Source: Ignavibacteria bacterium
Lineage (GTDB): Bacteria; Bacteroidota; Ignavibacteria; UBA10030; SZUA-254
Reading direction: 5' to 3'
Assembly (NCBI GenBank): GCA_016178625.1
Contig: JACOSX010000129.1
Span: 3,898 to 67,897 of the forward strand
DNA length: 64,000 bases
Shown: in pieces, positions 28,337 to 39,397 of the stretch
Layout: each line of letters begins with the position of its first letter
Numbering within the stretch: the first letter of the stretch is position 1
Made by a program: the position numbers and the translations under genes
The notes under the pieces: generated by a model
Told to the model about the DNA's origin: nothing
Database searches by the model: none
The model's input: only the letters and a program-made list of their open reading frames with translations

Positions 28337-30352
28337 ATGCCTTTTACCTTAGTTTCAGATTTCAAACCCAGCGGCGATCAGCCTCAGGCAATCAAGGAAT
28401 TGACCGAGGGAATTCTTCGCGGGGATAAGTTCCAGACACTCCTCGGCGTTACTGGGAGCGGGAAGACGTTCACTGTTTCCAACCTGATCGAGAATGTGAA
28501 CAAGCCAACGCTCGTCATGTCGCATAATAAAACTTTGGCGGCACAGTTGTACGGCGAGTTCAAGCAGTTCTTTCCAAAGAACCGCGTTGAGTTCTTCATT
28601 TCGTACTACGACTATTATCAGCCGGAAGCGTACGTCCCAGCTTCCGATACCTACATCCAAAAGGACGCATCGATCAATGATGAGATCGACCGTCTGCGCT
28701 TACGAGCCACGAGCGCTCTGCTTAGTGGCGACCCGAATGTCATTGTCGTCGCGTCGGTGAGCTGCATCTACGGCATCGGCGCGCCTGATGAGTGGGTCGA
28801 ACAGTTGGTCTCGGTTCGGAAAGGTCAGCGCATCGAGCGTAACAAGCTTCTGCGAAAGTTGATCGACATCCTCTATGTTCGCAACGATTTCGATTTTAAC
28901 CGAGGGACCTTCCGCGTGCGCGGGGATGTGGTGGAGATTATTCCTGCGTATGAGATGGAAAAGGCTCTTCGCATCGAGTTCTTTGGTGATGAGATTGAAA
29001 AGATCTCATACATCCATCCGACGTCAGGTGAATTTCTTTCCGATACCGATTCGGAAGTTATCTACCCCGCGAAACACTTCGTCACCTCCGCCGCTACACT
29101 CGAGCGAGCGATGAAAGGCATCGAACAAGAACTCGAGGAACGGCTCGACTACTTTCGGAAGGTCGGCAAACTGCTTGAAGCTCAACGGCTCGAGCAGCGC
29201 ACTCGGTTCGATATGGAGATGATGAGAGAGATCGGATATTGTGCGGGGATCGAGAATTATTCGCGTCATATTGCGGGACGTCCGCCGGGTTCGCGTCCAT
29301 ACTGCCTTCTTGATTACTTCCCCAAGGATTTTCTTCTGGTTATGGATGAGTCTCACGTCAGCGTGCCACAGATCGCCGGCATGTGGCATGGAGATCGTTC
29401 GCGGAAGGGGACACTTGTCGAGCACGGGTTTCGGCTTCCATCAGCCCTCGATAATCGTCCGTTGACATTCGAAGAATGGGAAGCAATGGTAAAGCAAGTG
29501 GTCTTCATCAGCGCAACGCCGGGACCCTATGAGTTGGAGAAGTGTAAAGGGGTTGTTGTGGAGCAAATCATCCGACCGACAGGTCTTATTGATCCGCCCG
29601 TGGAAGTCCGTCCCGTGATGCATCAGATCGATGTCTTGATCGCAGAGATCCGCACGCGTGCAGCGCGGCGAGAGCGCGCCCTTGTCACCACCCTCACGAA
29701 ACGCATGGCGGAAGATCTTACAAAATATCTCAGCGATATCAATATTAAAGTGCGATACATCCATTCGGAAATCGATGCGCTGGAGCGTGTGGAAATTTTG
29801 CGTGACCTGAGACTCGGTGAATTCGATGTTCTCGTCGGTGTGAATCTCCTTCGCGAAGGATTAGATCTGCCGGAAGTCTCACTGGTCGCGATCCTCGATG
29901 CGGATAAGGAAGGATTCCTCCGGTCAGATCGCTCACTCATTCAGACTGCGGGTCGAACGGCGCGCAACATCAATGGGAGAGTCATCCTCTATGCCGATAC
30001 CGTCACTGGATCAATGAAACGGATGCTTGATGAAACACGCCGCCGCCGTGAGAAGCAGATTGAGTATAACCGCGAACACAGCATCACTCCGAAAACAATC
30101 TACAAAACGACTGAGGAGGTCTTGGCGAGCACGACCGTCGCGGACGTGAAGATTGCACGTGATGCTCGGCGGGAACATGAGAAGCCGCCGATGATTGCCG
30201 AGTCCGTCGTGAAGTATATGTCGACAGACCAGAGGAAAGATCTGTTGGAGGAATTGCGGACTGAAATGCGCAACGCCGCGAAAGATCTTGAGTTCGAGCG
30301 CGCAGCGGGGCTGCGCGACGAGATTAGTCGGCTGGAAAAGATGGTGAAATAA
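28337..30352 (+). CDS. uvrB: Excinuclease ABC subunit B
   Basis: Walker A (GVTGSGKT), the UvrB interaction domain, helicase motifs and a C-terminal UVR domain are present. The N-terminus matches UvrB: [17 protein letters not shown]. Confidence 0.9.
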   Translation: MPFTLVSDFKPSGDQPQAIKELTEGILRGDKFQTLLGVTGSGKTFTVSNLIENVNKPTLVMSHNKTLAAQLYGEFKQFFPKNRVEFFISYYDYYQPEAYVPASDTYIQKDASINDEIDRLRLRATSALLSGDPNVIVVASVSCIYGIGAPDEWVEQLVSVRKGQRIERNKLLRKLIDILYVRNDFDFNRGTFRVRGDVVEIIPAYEMEKALRIEFFGDEIEKISYIHPTSGEFLSDTDSEVIYPAKHFVTSAATLERAMKGIEQELEERLDYFRKVGKLLEAQRLEQRTRFDMEMMREIGYCAGIENYSRHIAGRPPGSRPYCLLDYFPKDFLLVMDESHVSVPQIAGMWHGDRSRKGTLVEHGFRLPSALDNRPLTFEEWEAMVKQVVFISATPGPYELEKCKGVVVEQIIRPTGLIDPPVEVRPVMHQIDVLIAEIRTRAARRERALVTTLTKRMAEDLTKYLSDINIKVRYIHSEIDALERVEILRDLRLGEFDVLVGVNLLREGLDLPEVSLVAILDADKEGFLRSDRSLIQTAGRTARNINGRVILYADTVTGSMKRMLDETRRRREKQIEYNREHSITPKTIYKTTEEVLASTTVADVKIARDARREHEKPPMIAESVVKYMSTDQRKDLLEELRTEMRNAAKDLEFERAAGLRDEISRLEKMVK

Positions 30353-30434
30353 GTCAAGACGTTTGCGACGGACTTTTTGCCGGAGGCATCTCGTGGGGGG
30401 AAGTGCGTTGCAAGTGAAAGAAGGGAGGAGTTCC

Positions 30435-31145
30435 ATGCTTCAAATGTTCTACCGTAGTGTTCTCAATCCCATTCGGGACTTTATCTATCCTCCAATCTGC
30501 TTCACCTGTAATCAGTTGCTGCAGGATGATGAGATGCGGATCTGCCGCGCTTGCTGGAACAGTTTTGCGAAGATGAATCCATCCCATCCCACGTGGGTTG
30601 AGATCAAAGGCAAATTCGAGGCGGAAGGAGTTGTACAGGATATTCTTTCCTGTTTCCTCTTTGAAAAAGAAGGGAAGCTGCAAGATGTGGTCCACCTCTT
30701 GAAGTATCGGGGCATGAAGTCACTCGGCGAACGATTAGGATTGGAGATCGGGGAGCGAATCGTGTCAGATCCAATCTTCTCGCGGGCAGATTACCTCATT
30801 CCCGTTCCGCTTCACAAACTCAAGCGGCGCGAGCGCGGGTACAATCAGAGCGAACATATCTGCAAGGGGATTGCAACTGTTACGAATATCCCGACCCATA
30901 CTGCGTTAATCAAGCGATTGAAATATACAGAATCGCAGACTCAGCTCAACATTGATCAGCGCAAAGAGAATGTCGGGAATGCGTTTGAGATAAATCCGAA
31001 GTGTCGTCCCAACATCGAAGGCAAGTCATTTATTCTGGTCGACGACGTGATTACGACCGGATCGACAATCAATGCGTGTGCGAGAATCCTTGTGGCGAAC
31101 GGTGCAAGAAATGTCCTCGCCGCGTCTGTTGCTCTTGCCCAATGA
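30435..31145 (+). CDS. ComF-family protein (double zinc ribbon plus phosphoribosyltransferase domain)
   Basis: Motifs CFTCNQLL...CRACW and FILVDDVITTGSTINACARIL (PRTase). ATG at 30435 follows aagggagg. Confidence 0.7.
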   Translation: MLQMFYRSVLNPIRDFIYPPICFTCNQLLQDDEMRICRACWNSFAKMNPSHPTWVEIKGKFEAEGVVQDILSCFLFEKEGKLQDVVHLLKYRGMKSLGERLGLEIGERIVSDPIFSRADYLIPVPLHKLKRRERGYNQSEHICKGIATVTNIPTHTALIKRLKYTESQTQLNIDQRKENVGNAFEINPKCRPNIEGKSFILVDDVITTGSTINACARILVANGARNVLAASVALAQ

Positions 31146-31207
31146 GTTGTTTTTCTCTCCATTTCTTGGTACATTTACACGCCGCATTGGTTATTTTCTT
31201 ATTGTAA

Positions 31208-32254
<1,047 letters not shown>

Positions 32255-32272
32255 CATTTGTCATGTTGGATG

Positions 32273-32309
32273 ACGGCTAACGATGAACGATTCGTTAGCC
32301 GTTTTTGTT
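32273..32309 (+). terminator. Rho-independent terminator between gap and pgk
   Basis: An 11-bp stem (acggctaacga / tcgttagccgt) is followed by tttttgtt. Confidence 0.75.
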
Positions 32310-32342
32310 ATCACTCATCATCTCTATTGAACGACATTCAGT

Positions 32343-33536
32343 ATGAATAAGCTCACTGTTGACGACATTCGCTTACGAGGGAAACGCGTCCTGGTTCGCG
32401 TCGACTTCAATGTGCCGATGGAGAACAATCGCGTGTCCGATGATACCCGCATCATCGAGTCGTTACCGACTATCAAGAAAATTCTGGGCGACGGGGGACG
32501 AGCAATTCTCATGAGCCATCTCGGTAGACCGAAGGGGAAACGAAATACGGAATTTTCCTTGCAACCGGTCGCCAACCGGCTCTCGGAACTTCTCCACAAG
32601 CCGGTGAAGTTCGCACATGATTGTATTGGTCATGAGGTTAAAACCATCGTTAGCCATCTTCACGATGGTGAATGCCTGATGTTGGAAAACCTCCGCTTCC
32701 ATCCGGGCGAGGAGGAGAACGACCAAGCGTTTTCGAAGGAACTGGCATCGCTCGGCGAAGTGTACGTGAATGACGCCTTTGGCACCGCGCATCGTGCACA
32801 CGCATCCACCGAAGGGATCACACATTACCTGCATCCTTCCGTTGCGGGATACTTGATGAAAAAAGAGCTTGACTATCTCGGGCGCGCGATCAGCAACCCG
32901 GTCCGACCCTATGTGGCGATTCTCGGCGGTGCGAAAATTTCGGGCAAGATCGATGTCATCCAAAATTTGATGAATGTTGTCAATTCCCTGATCATCGGTG
33001 GGGGAATGATGTTTACCTTCTACAAAGCGCGAGGCATGGAGATTGGCAAATCGTTGCTCGAAGAAAATAAAGTTGAGCTGGCTGGGAAGATCTTGCACGA
33101 AGCCAATGCTCGTGGCGTCAAATTGTTGCTTCCGGTTGATTGTGTGATTGCACAGCATTTTGATAATAATGCGCCGTCAAAGGTCGTTCCTGTGACCGAC
33201 ATCCCCGCGGGGTGGCGGGGTCTTGATATTGGTCCGGAATCTGTTAGATTATTTTGTAACGAGTTGCGCAACGCAAAAACCGTTGTGTGGAATGGACCAA
33301 TGGGTGTCTTTGAGATGGAGAATTTCGCTTCAGGTACGGCTGCAATTGCAAAGGAACTTGCAGAACTGACGAAACATGGTACAACGACGATTGTCGGCGG
33401 GGGAGATTCTGCCGCGGCAATGTCCAAACTTGGTCTTGAAAAAGCTGTCTCGCACGTTTCCACTGGCGGTGGAGCGTCACTGGAGTTCCTCGAAGGAAAA
33501 ATACTCCCGGGCCTTGCTGCATTGGGTAAGAAATGA
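32343..33536 (+). CDS. pgk: Phosphoglycerate kinase
   Basis: At 397 aa it has the PGK N-terminus RVDFNVP and the conserved blocks GGGDS...[12 protein letters not shown]. Confidence 0.9.
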   Translation: MNKLTVDDIRLRGKRVLVRVDFNVPMENNRVSDDTRIIESLPTIKKILGDGGRAILMSHLGRPKGKRNTEFSLQPVANRLSELLHKPVKFAHDCIGHEVKTIVSHLHDGECLMLENLRFHPGEEENDQAFSKELASLGEVYVNDAFGTAHRAHASTEGITHYLHPSVAGYLMKKELDYLGRAISNPVRPYVAILGGAKISGKIDVIQNLMNVVNSLIIGGGMMFTFYKARGMEIGKSLLEENKVELAGKILHEANARGVKLLLPVDCVIAQHFDNNAPSKVVPVTDIPAGWRGLDIGPESVRLFCNELRNAKTVVWNGPMGVFEMENFASGTAAIAKELAELTKHGTTTIVGGGDSAAAMSKLGLEKAVSHVSTGGGASLEFLEGKILPGLAALGKK

Positions 33537-33591
33537 AACGTAACCGTCACCTATTTCGTTTACATAAGTAAGAATATTTTCGACTACACGC

Positions 33592-34494
33592 ATGTCAGCC
33601 TATCGTTACACGAATTCTAGTTACTATCGTCCATCGTTTTTCGGCGGGTTCAGATTTTTTCCACCCGTGATTAAATATTTGTTGATCTCGAATGTCGGGA
33701 TCTTTTTCCTCGCCGACCTTTTCAGCCGGTTTACGGTAAATGGAGTTACGATTGCTCCTATCGTCGAAAAGATGCTCTTTCTTTTTCCGCTGGGGAGAGG
33801 ATTTGAAATCTGGCAGCTCGTGACGTACATGTTCATGCATGGCGGCTTCATGCACCTGCTCTTCAACATGTTCGCGCTCTGGATGTTCTGGATGGAGTTG
33901 GAGAACACGTGGGGTTCGCGAAAGTTTTTCACATATTATATGATGTGCGGACTCGGAGCTGGCTTGTCCAACCTTCTCATCGGACCATTGTTCGGGCCAG
34001 CCGGTCCTACTGTTGGCGCGTCGGGAGCGATCTATGGAGTGCTGATCGCTTTCGGCATGATGTTCCCCGACCGTCCGATCTTCGTGTACTTTCTCCTTCC
34101 GATTCGGGCTCGCTACTTCGTGATGATTTATATCTTACTCGAGCTTTACTCCGGCGTCACCGGCACAACGGATGGCATCGCACACTTTGCGCATCTCGGT
34201 GGTGCCGCAGTTGGGTATTGTTATCTATTGATCGATCAACGACGTTTTCCTCTTCAACAGTTCTTCGCCCGCACCAGAAAAAGGTTTGTCACCTCTGAGC
34301 CCGTTAGCCGTTTCTCCGGATATGAACACAGCAGTATCACTGACGCAAAATATTTTGATCTCAACGACGAAGAGGATCGAATCAACCAGCAACGAGTCGA
34401 TGAGATTCTTGACAAGATCAGCCAATCGGGCTACCAGAGCCTAACAGAAAGCGAAAAGAAAATTCTCTTCGAAGCGAGTAAGAAGCTCAATTGA
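33592..34494 (+). CDS. Rhomboid-family intramembrane serine protease with a C-terminal extension
   Basis: Rhomboid catalytic Ser (GASGAIYGVL) and His (AHLGGAAVG) motifs are present, with 5-6 TM segments and a roughly 80-aa soluble tail. Confidence 0.75.
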   Translation: MSAYRYTNSSYYRPSFFGGFRFFPPVIKYLLISNVGIFFLADLFSRFTVNGVTIAPIVEKMLFLFPLGRGFEIWQLVTYMFMHGGFMHLLFNMFALWMFWMELENTWGSRKFFTYYMMCGLGAGLSNLLIGPLFGPAGPTVGASGAIYGVLIAFGMMFPDRPIFVYFLLPIRARYFVMIYILLELYSGVTGTTDGIAHFAHLGGAAVGYCYLLIDQRRFPLQQFFARTRKRFVTSEPVSRFSGYEHSSITDAKYFDLNDEEDRINQQRVDEILDKISQSGYQSLTESEKKILFEASKKLN

Positions 34495-34586
34495 AGGCGC
34501 TTTCTTCTCATGCCCGCTCCCGACCTCTACTACTCCAGAGGCTGTCCAAAAAGAAGAGGGTGTCATTCTGAACGAAGTGTCCGAAG

Positions 34587-34731
34587 TCCCGAAGGTCCGA
34601 AGGACTCCTTCGGAGGATTCCTTCGGAAGACCCCTTCTGGCGAAGCCATCCCTTCGGGAGGGGAAGAATCTGAAATTAAAATTGAAAAGAGAGATTCTTC
34701 GGTCGCTACCCTCCCTCAGAATGACATTGAA
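34587..34731 (+). ncRNA. Candidate structured small RNA or cis-acting element in the rhomboid-ispG intergenic region
   Basis: A perfect hairpin ccgaagg-act-ccttcgg sits at 34587..34603. A long imperfect hairpin spans 34621..34725: ccccttc / gaagggg outer stem, gggaggg / ccctccc, and gaagaatct / agattcttc around a 19-nt A-rich loop. It is followed by cttttt. The element contains a 24-mer (tggcgaagccatcccttcggga) also found at 722..745. Confidence 0.3.
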
Positions 34732-34830
34732 GGGGCTTTTTGGACAGCCACATCCAGAGCATGGGTTGCAAGTCAAGAGTAACTTGTCGTATATTATCCT
34801 ACGTGAATAATACATCCCGAATCAGTCTTT

Positions 34831-35973
34831 ATGGACATATCACTTCCCGTTCTTAATAATACCTTAGCTGACGTAAACATCCAACCTGCAAAGCATCCCA
34901 CCTACAAGGTCGGAGTCCGCCATAAGACCAGACAGGTGAACATCGGCGGAATCCTAGTCGGAGGGAATGCACCGATCTCGGTGCAGACGATGACGAAGAC
35001 GAAGACATCGGATATCGAAGGAACCGTCGCGCAGATCAAGCAGGCGGCAGATGGAGGGTGCGATATCGTGCGGGTAACGGTCAATGACAAAGAAGCCGCC
35101 GAAGCAATGGTGGAGATCGTCCGACAGTCTCCGATTCCTGTCGTTGCAGATATTCACTTCAACCATGTGTTTGCATTGAAGGCAATTGAAGCCAATGTCG
35201 CAAAGGTTCGAATTAATCCCGGTAATATCGGCTCCCGAGACCGTATCCAGCAAGTACTAAGTGCGGCAAAAGAAAAACACATCCCGATCCGCATCGGTGT
35301 CAATTCCGGCTCGCTTGAAGAAGACATTTTGGAGAAGCATGGATACCCGACTGCGGAAGCATTGTTCGAAAGCGCGATGCGCCATGTGGGTATCTGTGAA
35401 GATTTCGGCTTCAGAGATATCATCATCTCCGTGAAGTCAACCGACGTGAAGCTGATGATTGAAGCGTACCGACTTGTTGCGCAGCGCACGGATATCCCAC
35501 TCCATCTTGGAGTTACCGAAGCAGGTACCACGAAGATCGGAACAATCAAATCAGCTGTTGGCATCGGAACATTGCTTGCCGAAGGGATCGGTGATACGAT
35601 CAGAGTGTCACTGACGGATGAGCCGGTGAAGGAAGTGGAAGTCGGGAAAGAAATTCTCCGGTCACTCAGTCTGGCTTCGCGCAACATCGAGTTGATTGCA
35701 TGCCCCACGTGCGGCAGGCTTGAAGTCGACCTCTTCGGTATCATGGCACAGCTCGAAGAGAAACTCGATGGCGTGAAGAAGCCGATAAAGATCGCCGTGC
35801 TTGGCTGCGTGGTGAACGGACCCGGCGAAGCGAGCGAAGCTGATATCGGCATTGCTGCGGGAAAAGGTGTCGCGATCCTCTATCGCAAAGGTGAGGTCGT
35901 AAAACGCGTGAAAGAGGAGGAAATTGTCCAAACGATCCTTGAAGAGGTGGAGAAGTTTCAGCCGCAGACGTAA
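34831..35973 (+). CDS. ispG: 4-hydroxy-3-methylbut-2-en-1-yl diphosphate synthase (IspG/GcpE)
   Basis: GGNAPISVQTMTKT and a C-terminal 4Fe-4S Cys triad (CPTCGR...GCVVNGPGE) are present; length is 380 aa. Confidence 0.9.
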   Translation: MDISLPVLNNTLADVNIQPAKHPTYKVGVRHKTRQVNIGGILVGGNAPISVQTMTKTKTSDIEGTVAQIKQAADGGCDIVRVTVNDKEAAEAMVEIVRQSPIPVVADIHFNHVFALKAIEANVAKVRINPGNIGSRDRIQQVLSAAKEKHIPIRIGVNSGSLEEDILEKHGYPTAEALFESAMRHVGICEDFGFRDIIISVKSTDVKLMIEAYRLVAQRTDIPLHLGVTEAGTTKIGTIKSAVGIGTLLAEGIGDTIRVSLTDEPVKEVEVGKEILRSLSLASRNIELIACPTCGRLEVDLFGIMAQLEEKLDGVKKPIKIAVLGCVVNGPGEASEADIGIAAGKGVAILYRKGEVVKRVKEEEIVQTILEEVEKFQPQT

Positions 35974-36082
35974 TGTGATTCAGGTTTTAGGTGTAGATCG
36001 AGTGTATATGCGAGGCGAAAACATTTTCCATTAACCTACTAACCCATCAACCCATCAACCCATCAACCATTGAGAGGTACAC

Positions 36083-36685
36083 ATGAAATCTTTCCATGTA
36101 CAAAGCGCAATGTATCTCGTCGTTGTGCTCTTTGGAGTTGCCCTTTCCTCTGCTCAAACCAAGAAAACTGAAATGTCGAATTCTGCAATGCGAAAAACAT
36201 CCGTTCTTGATTTCACGATGACGACGATCGACGGGAAGCCCAAGCCTCTCTCGGAATACAAAGGGAGAGTTCTGATGATCATCAACACTGCATCGGAGTG
36301 TGGGTACACACCGCAATACGAAACGCTCCAAAAACTCTACCAGGCGTACAAAGACAAGGGCTTTGAGATCCTGGCGTTTCCGGCAAACAATTTCGGTGAA
36401 CAAGAGCCGGGCACAAACACCGAGATCAAGAAATTTTGCACGACGAAGTATCACACGACCTTCGATCTCTTCGAGAAGATTAGCGTGAAGGGCAAAGACC
36501 AGCATCCTCTCTACAAATACATCACGCAGGATTCACCGTTTCCCGGCGATGTGAAATGGAACTTCCAGAAATACTTCGTCGATCGATCCGGGAAGATTGT
36601 TGCGCGATTCATGTCTGCTGTCGATCCGATGTCCGATGAGATTCGTAAGGAAGTTGAGAATCTGCTCGCGGCGAGGCAAAAGTAA
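36083..36685 (+). CDS. Glutathione peroxidase family protein, secreted
   Basis: GPx blocks MIINTASECGYT and FPANNFGEQEPG are present, with an N-terminal signal peptide. Confidence 0.8.
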   Translation: MKSFHVQSAMYLVVVLFGVALSSAQTKKTEMSNSAMRKTSVLDFTMTTIDGKPKPLSEYKGRVLMIINTASECGYTPQYETLQKLYQAYKDKGFEILAFPANNFGEQEPGTNTEIKKFCTTKYHTTFDLFEKISVKGKDQHPLYKYITQDSPFPGDVKWNFQKYFVDRSGKIVARFMSAVDPMSDEIRKEVENLLAARQK

Positions 36686-36751
36686 TCCTTGGTGTTAGGT
36701 GAAATGCCCAACGTCACTGGGGAAATTCCATCAAGATCAAGGACAATTTGA

Positions 36752-37426
36752 GTGCGACGTTTTCCTCATTCCATAACATTGCTTGCTAGCTTTTTCTTGG
36801 TGGCTCAGAATTCTGCTCACTCTCAGGTTCCAGTTCGACTCGGAATTGATGCTGGAATAAACTTTGCCAATCAATCCCTTTCCTGGGGCGATGGTTACCC
36901 GCAATCGTACCGGTTCGGGTTGATCATCGGTGGCTTGGCAGAGATCGGTATTTCCGATCTCCTCTATGTTCAGGCTGAGCCGAGATATATTCAAGGGGGT
37001 ACCAATATTCAGGGCACTTACAATGTTTCCACCCCCGAGGGCCAGGTTACGATGGAAGTGGATTACAAGCTGGCATGTTTGGAAGTTCCCCTGCTCCTTA
37101 AAGCAAAGCTTGGGACGGCTGATTTCAAACCAGTTGCATTCATTGGGCCGAATGTTGGATTTCTTCTTTCTGCTATTTATCAATCGAAGGATCATGAGAT
37201 TCAAGGCTTGGATACACGCCACGGGCTGGACATCAAGGACCGTTACAAATCTGTCAATGTTTCTCTTGATGTGGGTGGCGGCGTTGAGTACCGGATTTCC
37301 AAGACTATCTCCCTGACCGGGAACGCCCGATACTCACTCGGACTGAATAATATCAGTACTTCGTCCGAATACACAACCAAGTTAAATGGTATTCAGATTA
37401 CCTTGGGAACTCTATTTAATCTATGA
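36752..37426 (+). CDS. Outer-membrane beta-barrel protein (OMP_b-brl-like), function unknown
   Basis: GTG start. A signal peptide ends ...AHSQ. The sequence has the alternating amphipathic beta-strand pattern and ends in the aromatic-rich TLGTLFNL. Confidence 0.5.
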   Translation: MRRFPHSITLLASFFLVAQNSAHSQVPVRLGIDAGINFANQSLSWGDGYPQSYRFGLIIGGLAEIGISDLLYVQAEPRYIQGGTNIQGTYNVSTPEGQVTMEVDYKLACLEVPLLLKAKLGTADFKPVAFIGPNVGFLLSAIYQSKDHEIQGLDTRHGLDIKDRYKSVNVSLDVGGGVEYRISKTISLTGNARYSLGLNNISTSSEYTTKLNGIQITLGTLFNL

Positions 37427-37468
37427 AACAAATGGGACCTTCGGCTAACAGACACAAAAATGTAAAAT

Positions 37469-37502
37469 GTCTACGACTCAAAGAGTCGATAGACTCGTTG
37501 AG
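37469..37502 (+). repeat. Copy 3 (shortened) of the GTCGATAGAC hairpin repeat family
   Basis: gtctacgactc-aaa-gagtcgatagac has the same hairpin architecture as copy 1 (gtctacgaccc-ttc-gggtcgatagac), with a compensatory c-g to t-a change in the stem. Confidence 0.55.
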
Positions 37503-37732
37503 AACCGTTGCTTCGCTCGCGAGAAATTTCTCAAAGATCTGTAGATCAATTATCGACTAGAAAGCTCATGGTACTAAGATGAGGTTCATCGCTAAAATGC
37601 GAGTGTCCCTTTACTGCGTGTACGCGTCCGGCAGAAAAGCGAAGTCCCCACTCTTAGCAAGATAGGCGAACCTTTGAGGTGCATTAATACTGTAGTTATT
37701 TGCAATTTCCCCAAAGCAGAAAGGTCACGACA

Positions 37733-38680
37733 ATGAAACCACAAGCAATCGTCTTCGCTCTGGCTGTTGCTATGCTTGCATGGAGTGGCAACAAAGAATC
37801 AATCGACTACTCTCAGACTGTCAATTCAATTCTTGGAGATATCAGCTTCATCAAGAAGTTTGGACATCTGCCCGATGCCTCAACCAACGAGAATCTGCGC
37901 ATAAGAAACCACCTTGAATACGTCGAGAACCTCTTACGACACAGGGACTGTAGCAATTTGACGAACGAGCTTCAACAAAGGAGACATCAGTTGCTGGATA
38001 TGTTGCATCAGTACTGGACTTCGAATGTCTTCCCACGCAATTACGACTACAGTGACCAGCGGGTGCCGTGTTTTATCGACAAGGATGGGAGAATCTGTGC
38101 CGTTGGATACCTCATTGAGCGATCGGTCGGTCGAAGCGCTGCGGAAAGGGTCAACAGCAAATATAAATACGAGAAGATCCTGGCAATGAACGATGACGCC
38201 GTTCGTAGCTGGATTGCAACGACCGGTCTATCGACAGAAGAGTGTGCATGGATACAGCCAACGTACGGTTACGTGAATCCAAAAGACTATAATTACATTA
38301 CACCCGCGTACGGTATTTCTTCTTCAATTCTTGGCGCAACGAATCTCTCGCTGAGCACGGTGAATGTCATTCAAATGGTACAAGGGTCAAAGAAGAAGGC
38401 AGTCCCCATCATAGGACTTGTGACCGGTGCCGGCCAGATAATGCTTGGTGCAAGTATGATGCCCGAAGAAACACGAGTAAACGGTTACCCAACCAACGAA
38501 AGTCAAAAGGTTCTTTCTATTGTAAACATCGGCTTGGGGATCACAACAATGATCTTGAGTACTTGGAACCTCGTGGCAACTCCTGAATATGATGACAAGA
38601 ACATAGGCTGGAATATCCATGGTTTTCCGACACCGAATGGCAATGTAGGACTGGCCTTCTCTCTGAGTCGAAGATTTTAA
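37733..38680 (+). CDS. Hypothetical secreted protein with a C-terminal hydrophobic region
   Basis: The signal peptide MKPQAIVFALAVAMLAWSG follows the ATG at 37733; the ORF-track start is 37700. I recognise no motifs. The C-terminal third is Gly/Ile-rich with 2-3 predicted TM helices. Confidence 0.45.
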   Translation: MKPQAIVFALAVAMLAWSGNKESIDYSQTVNSILGDISFIKKFGHLPDASTNENLRIRNHLEYVENLLRHRDCSNLTNELQQRRHQLLDMLHQYWTSNVFPRNYDYSDQRVPCFIDKDGRICAVGYLIERSVGRSAAERVNSKYKYEKILAMNDDAVRSWIATTGLSTEECAWIQPTYGYVNPKDYNYITPAYGISSSILGATNLSLSTVNVIQMVQGSKKKAVPIIGLVTGAGQIMLGASMMPEETRVNGYPTNESQKVLSIVNIGLGITTMILSTWNLVATPEYDDKNIGWNIHGFPTPNGNVGLAFSLSRRF

Positions 38681-38723
38681 ATGCGATTAAATTGTTTTGT
38701 CAAACGCTATGCGAACAAACACA

Positions 38724-38757
38724 AAAGCCCGAGCATGTGCCCGGGCTTCTTTCTTTC
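38724..38757 (+). terminator. Rho-independent terminator after the hypothetical gene
   Basis: aagcccg-agcatgtgc-cgggctt stem-loop followed by ctttctttcc. Confidence 0.65.
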
Positions 38758-38759
38758 CT

Positions 38760-38793
38760 AACCTTGCGAAGGTTCTGAAACCTTCGCAAGGTT
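38760..38793 (+). repeat. REP hairpin (aaccttgcgaaggtt-ctga-aaccttcgcaaggtt), copy A, flanking the RAYT
   Basis: A perfect 15-bp stem with a 4-nt loop. It is identical over 34 bp to 39398..39431. Confidence 0.85.
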
Positions 38794-38814
38794 CCAGCAA
38801 AGCTCCAGCAAAGT

Positions 38815-39378
38815 TTACTCTTCGTCAAGATATACTGTAAGTATTTGCTGTTCAAGTTCATGCTGATATTCTGCAAGGAATGACTGGTACTGCAAGCCGT
38901 CTTGAAAATACCAACTTCTCAATTCATTCCCGTCCTGAGAAGCGAAATCGGTCTTAATCCAATCTGCGCAGTCTGAATAAGCCCAATCCTCTGCGCGTTT
39001 GACAAGTCTCGCGACGACTGGATTGAGGTGGAGATAACGCACAAGCTGGAGCAGATACTGATCCGAATCAACCGGGATACCTTTTGCACGACCCTCGAAA
39101 AGAGTTCCGCTTAGGGAACGTTGTTTGTTGAGCGCCTGAGTGTAAGCATTGAACGTGGTCTGGAGAAATCTTGCAATTGACCCGTTCTCCTCGTGACGTA
39201 CGATGAGATGATAGTGGTTCGGCATGAGACAAAACGCTCCAATGTTCACTCGATATCTCTTGCTATACTTATGCAACAAGTTTATGCAGTAGCGATAATT
39301 GTCGTCTGAAAAGTATATCGGAGATTTGTGGGCGCCGCGGTTGTAAACGTGGTAATATTGATTGGGAATGTATTTCAC
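38815..39378 (-). CDS. IS200-like Y1 HUH transposase, REP-associated tyrosine transposase (RAYT)
   Basis: At 187 aa it has the N-terminal YHVYNRG block, the HUH motif in MPNHYHLIV, and the C-terminal catalytic Tyr region RYLHLNPVVARLV...WAYSD. It is flanked on both sides by identical REP hairpins. Confidence 0.8.
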   Translation of the reverse strand: MKYIPNQYYHVYNRGAHKSPIYFSDDNYRYCINLLHKYSKRYRVNIGAFCLMPNHYHLIVRHEENGSIARFLQTTFNAYTQALNKQRSLSGTLFEGRAKGIPVDSDQYLLQLVRYLHLNPVVARLVKRAEDWAYSDCADWIKTDFASQDGNELRSWYFQDGLQYQSFLAEYQHELEQQILTVYLDEE

Positions 39379-39397
39379 TCTGCCTCCTTGGTAACTT

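Noticed and set aside
34510-34810. ORFs 34510..34782 and 34577..34810 in the rhomboid-ispG spacer
   Set aside because: The translations are low-complexity (PEGPKDSFGGFLRKTPSGEA...) and are generated by the CGAAGG/CCTTCGG hairpin repeats. The region is better explained as structured RNA or REP DNA.
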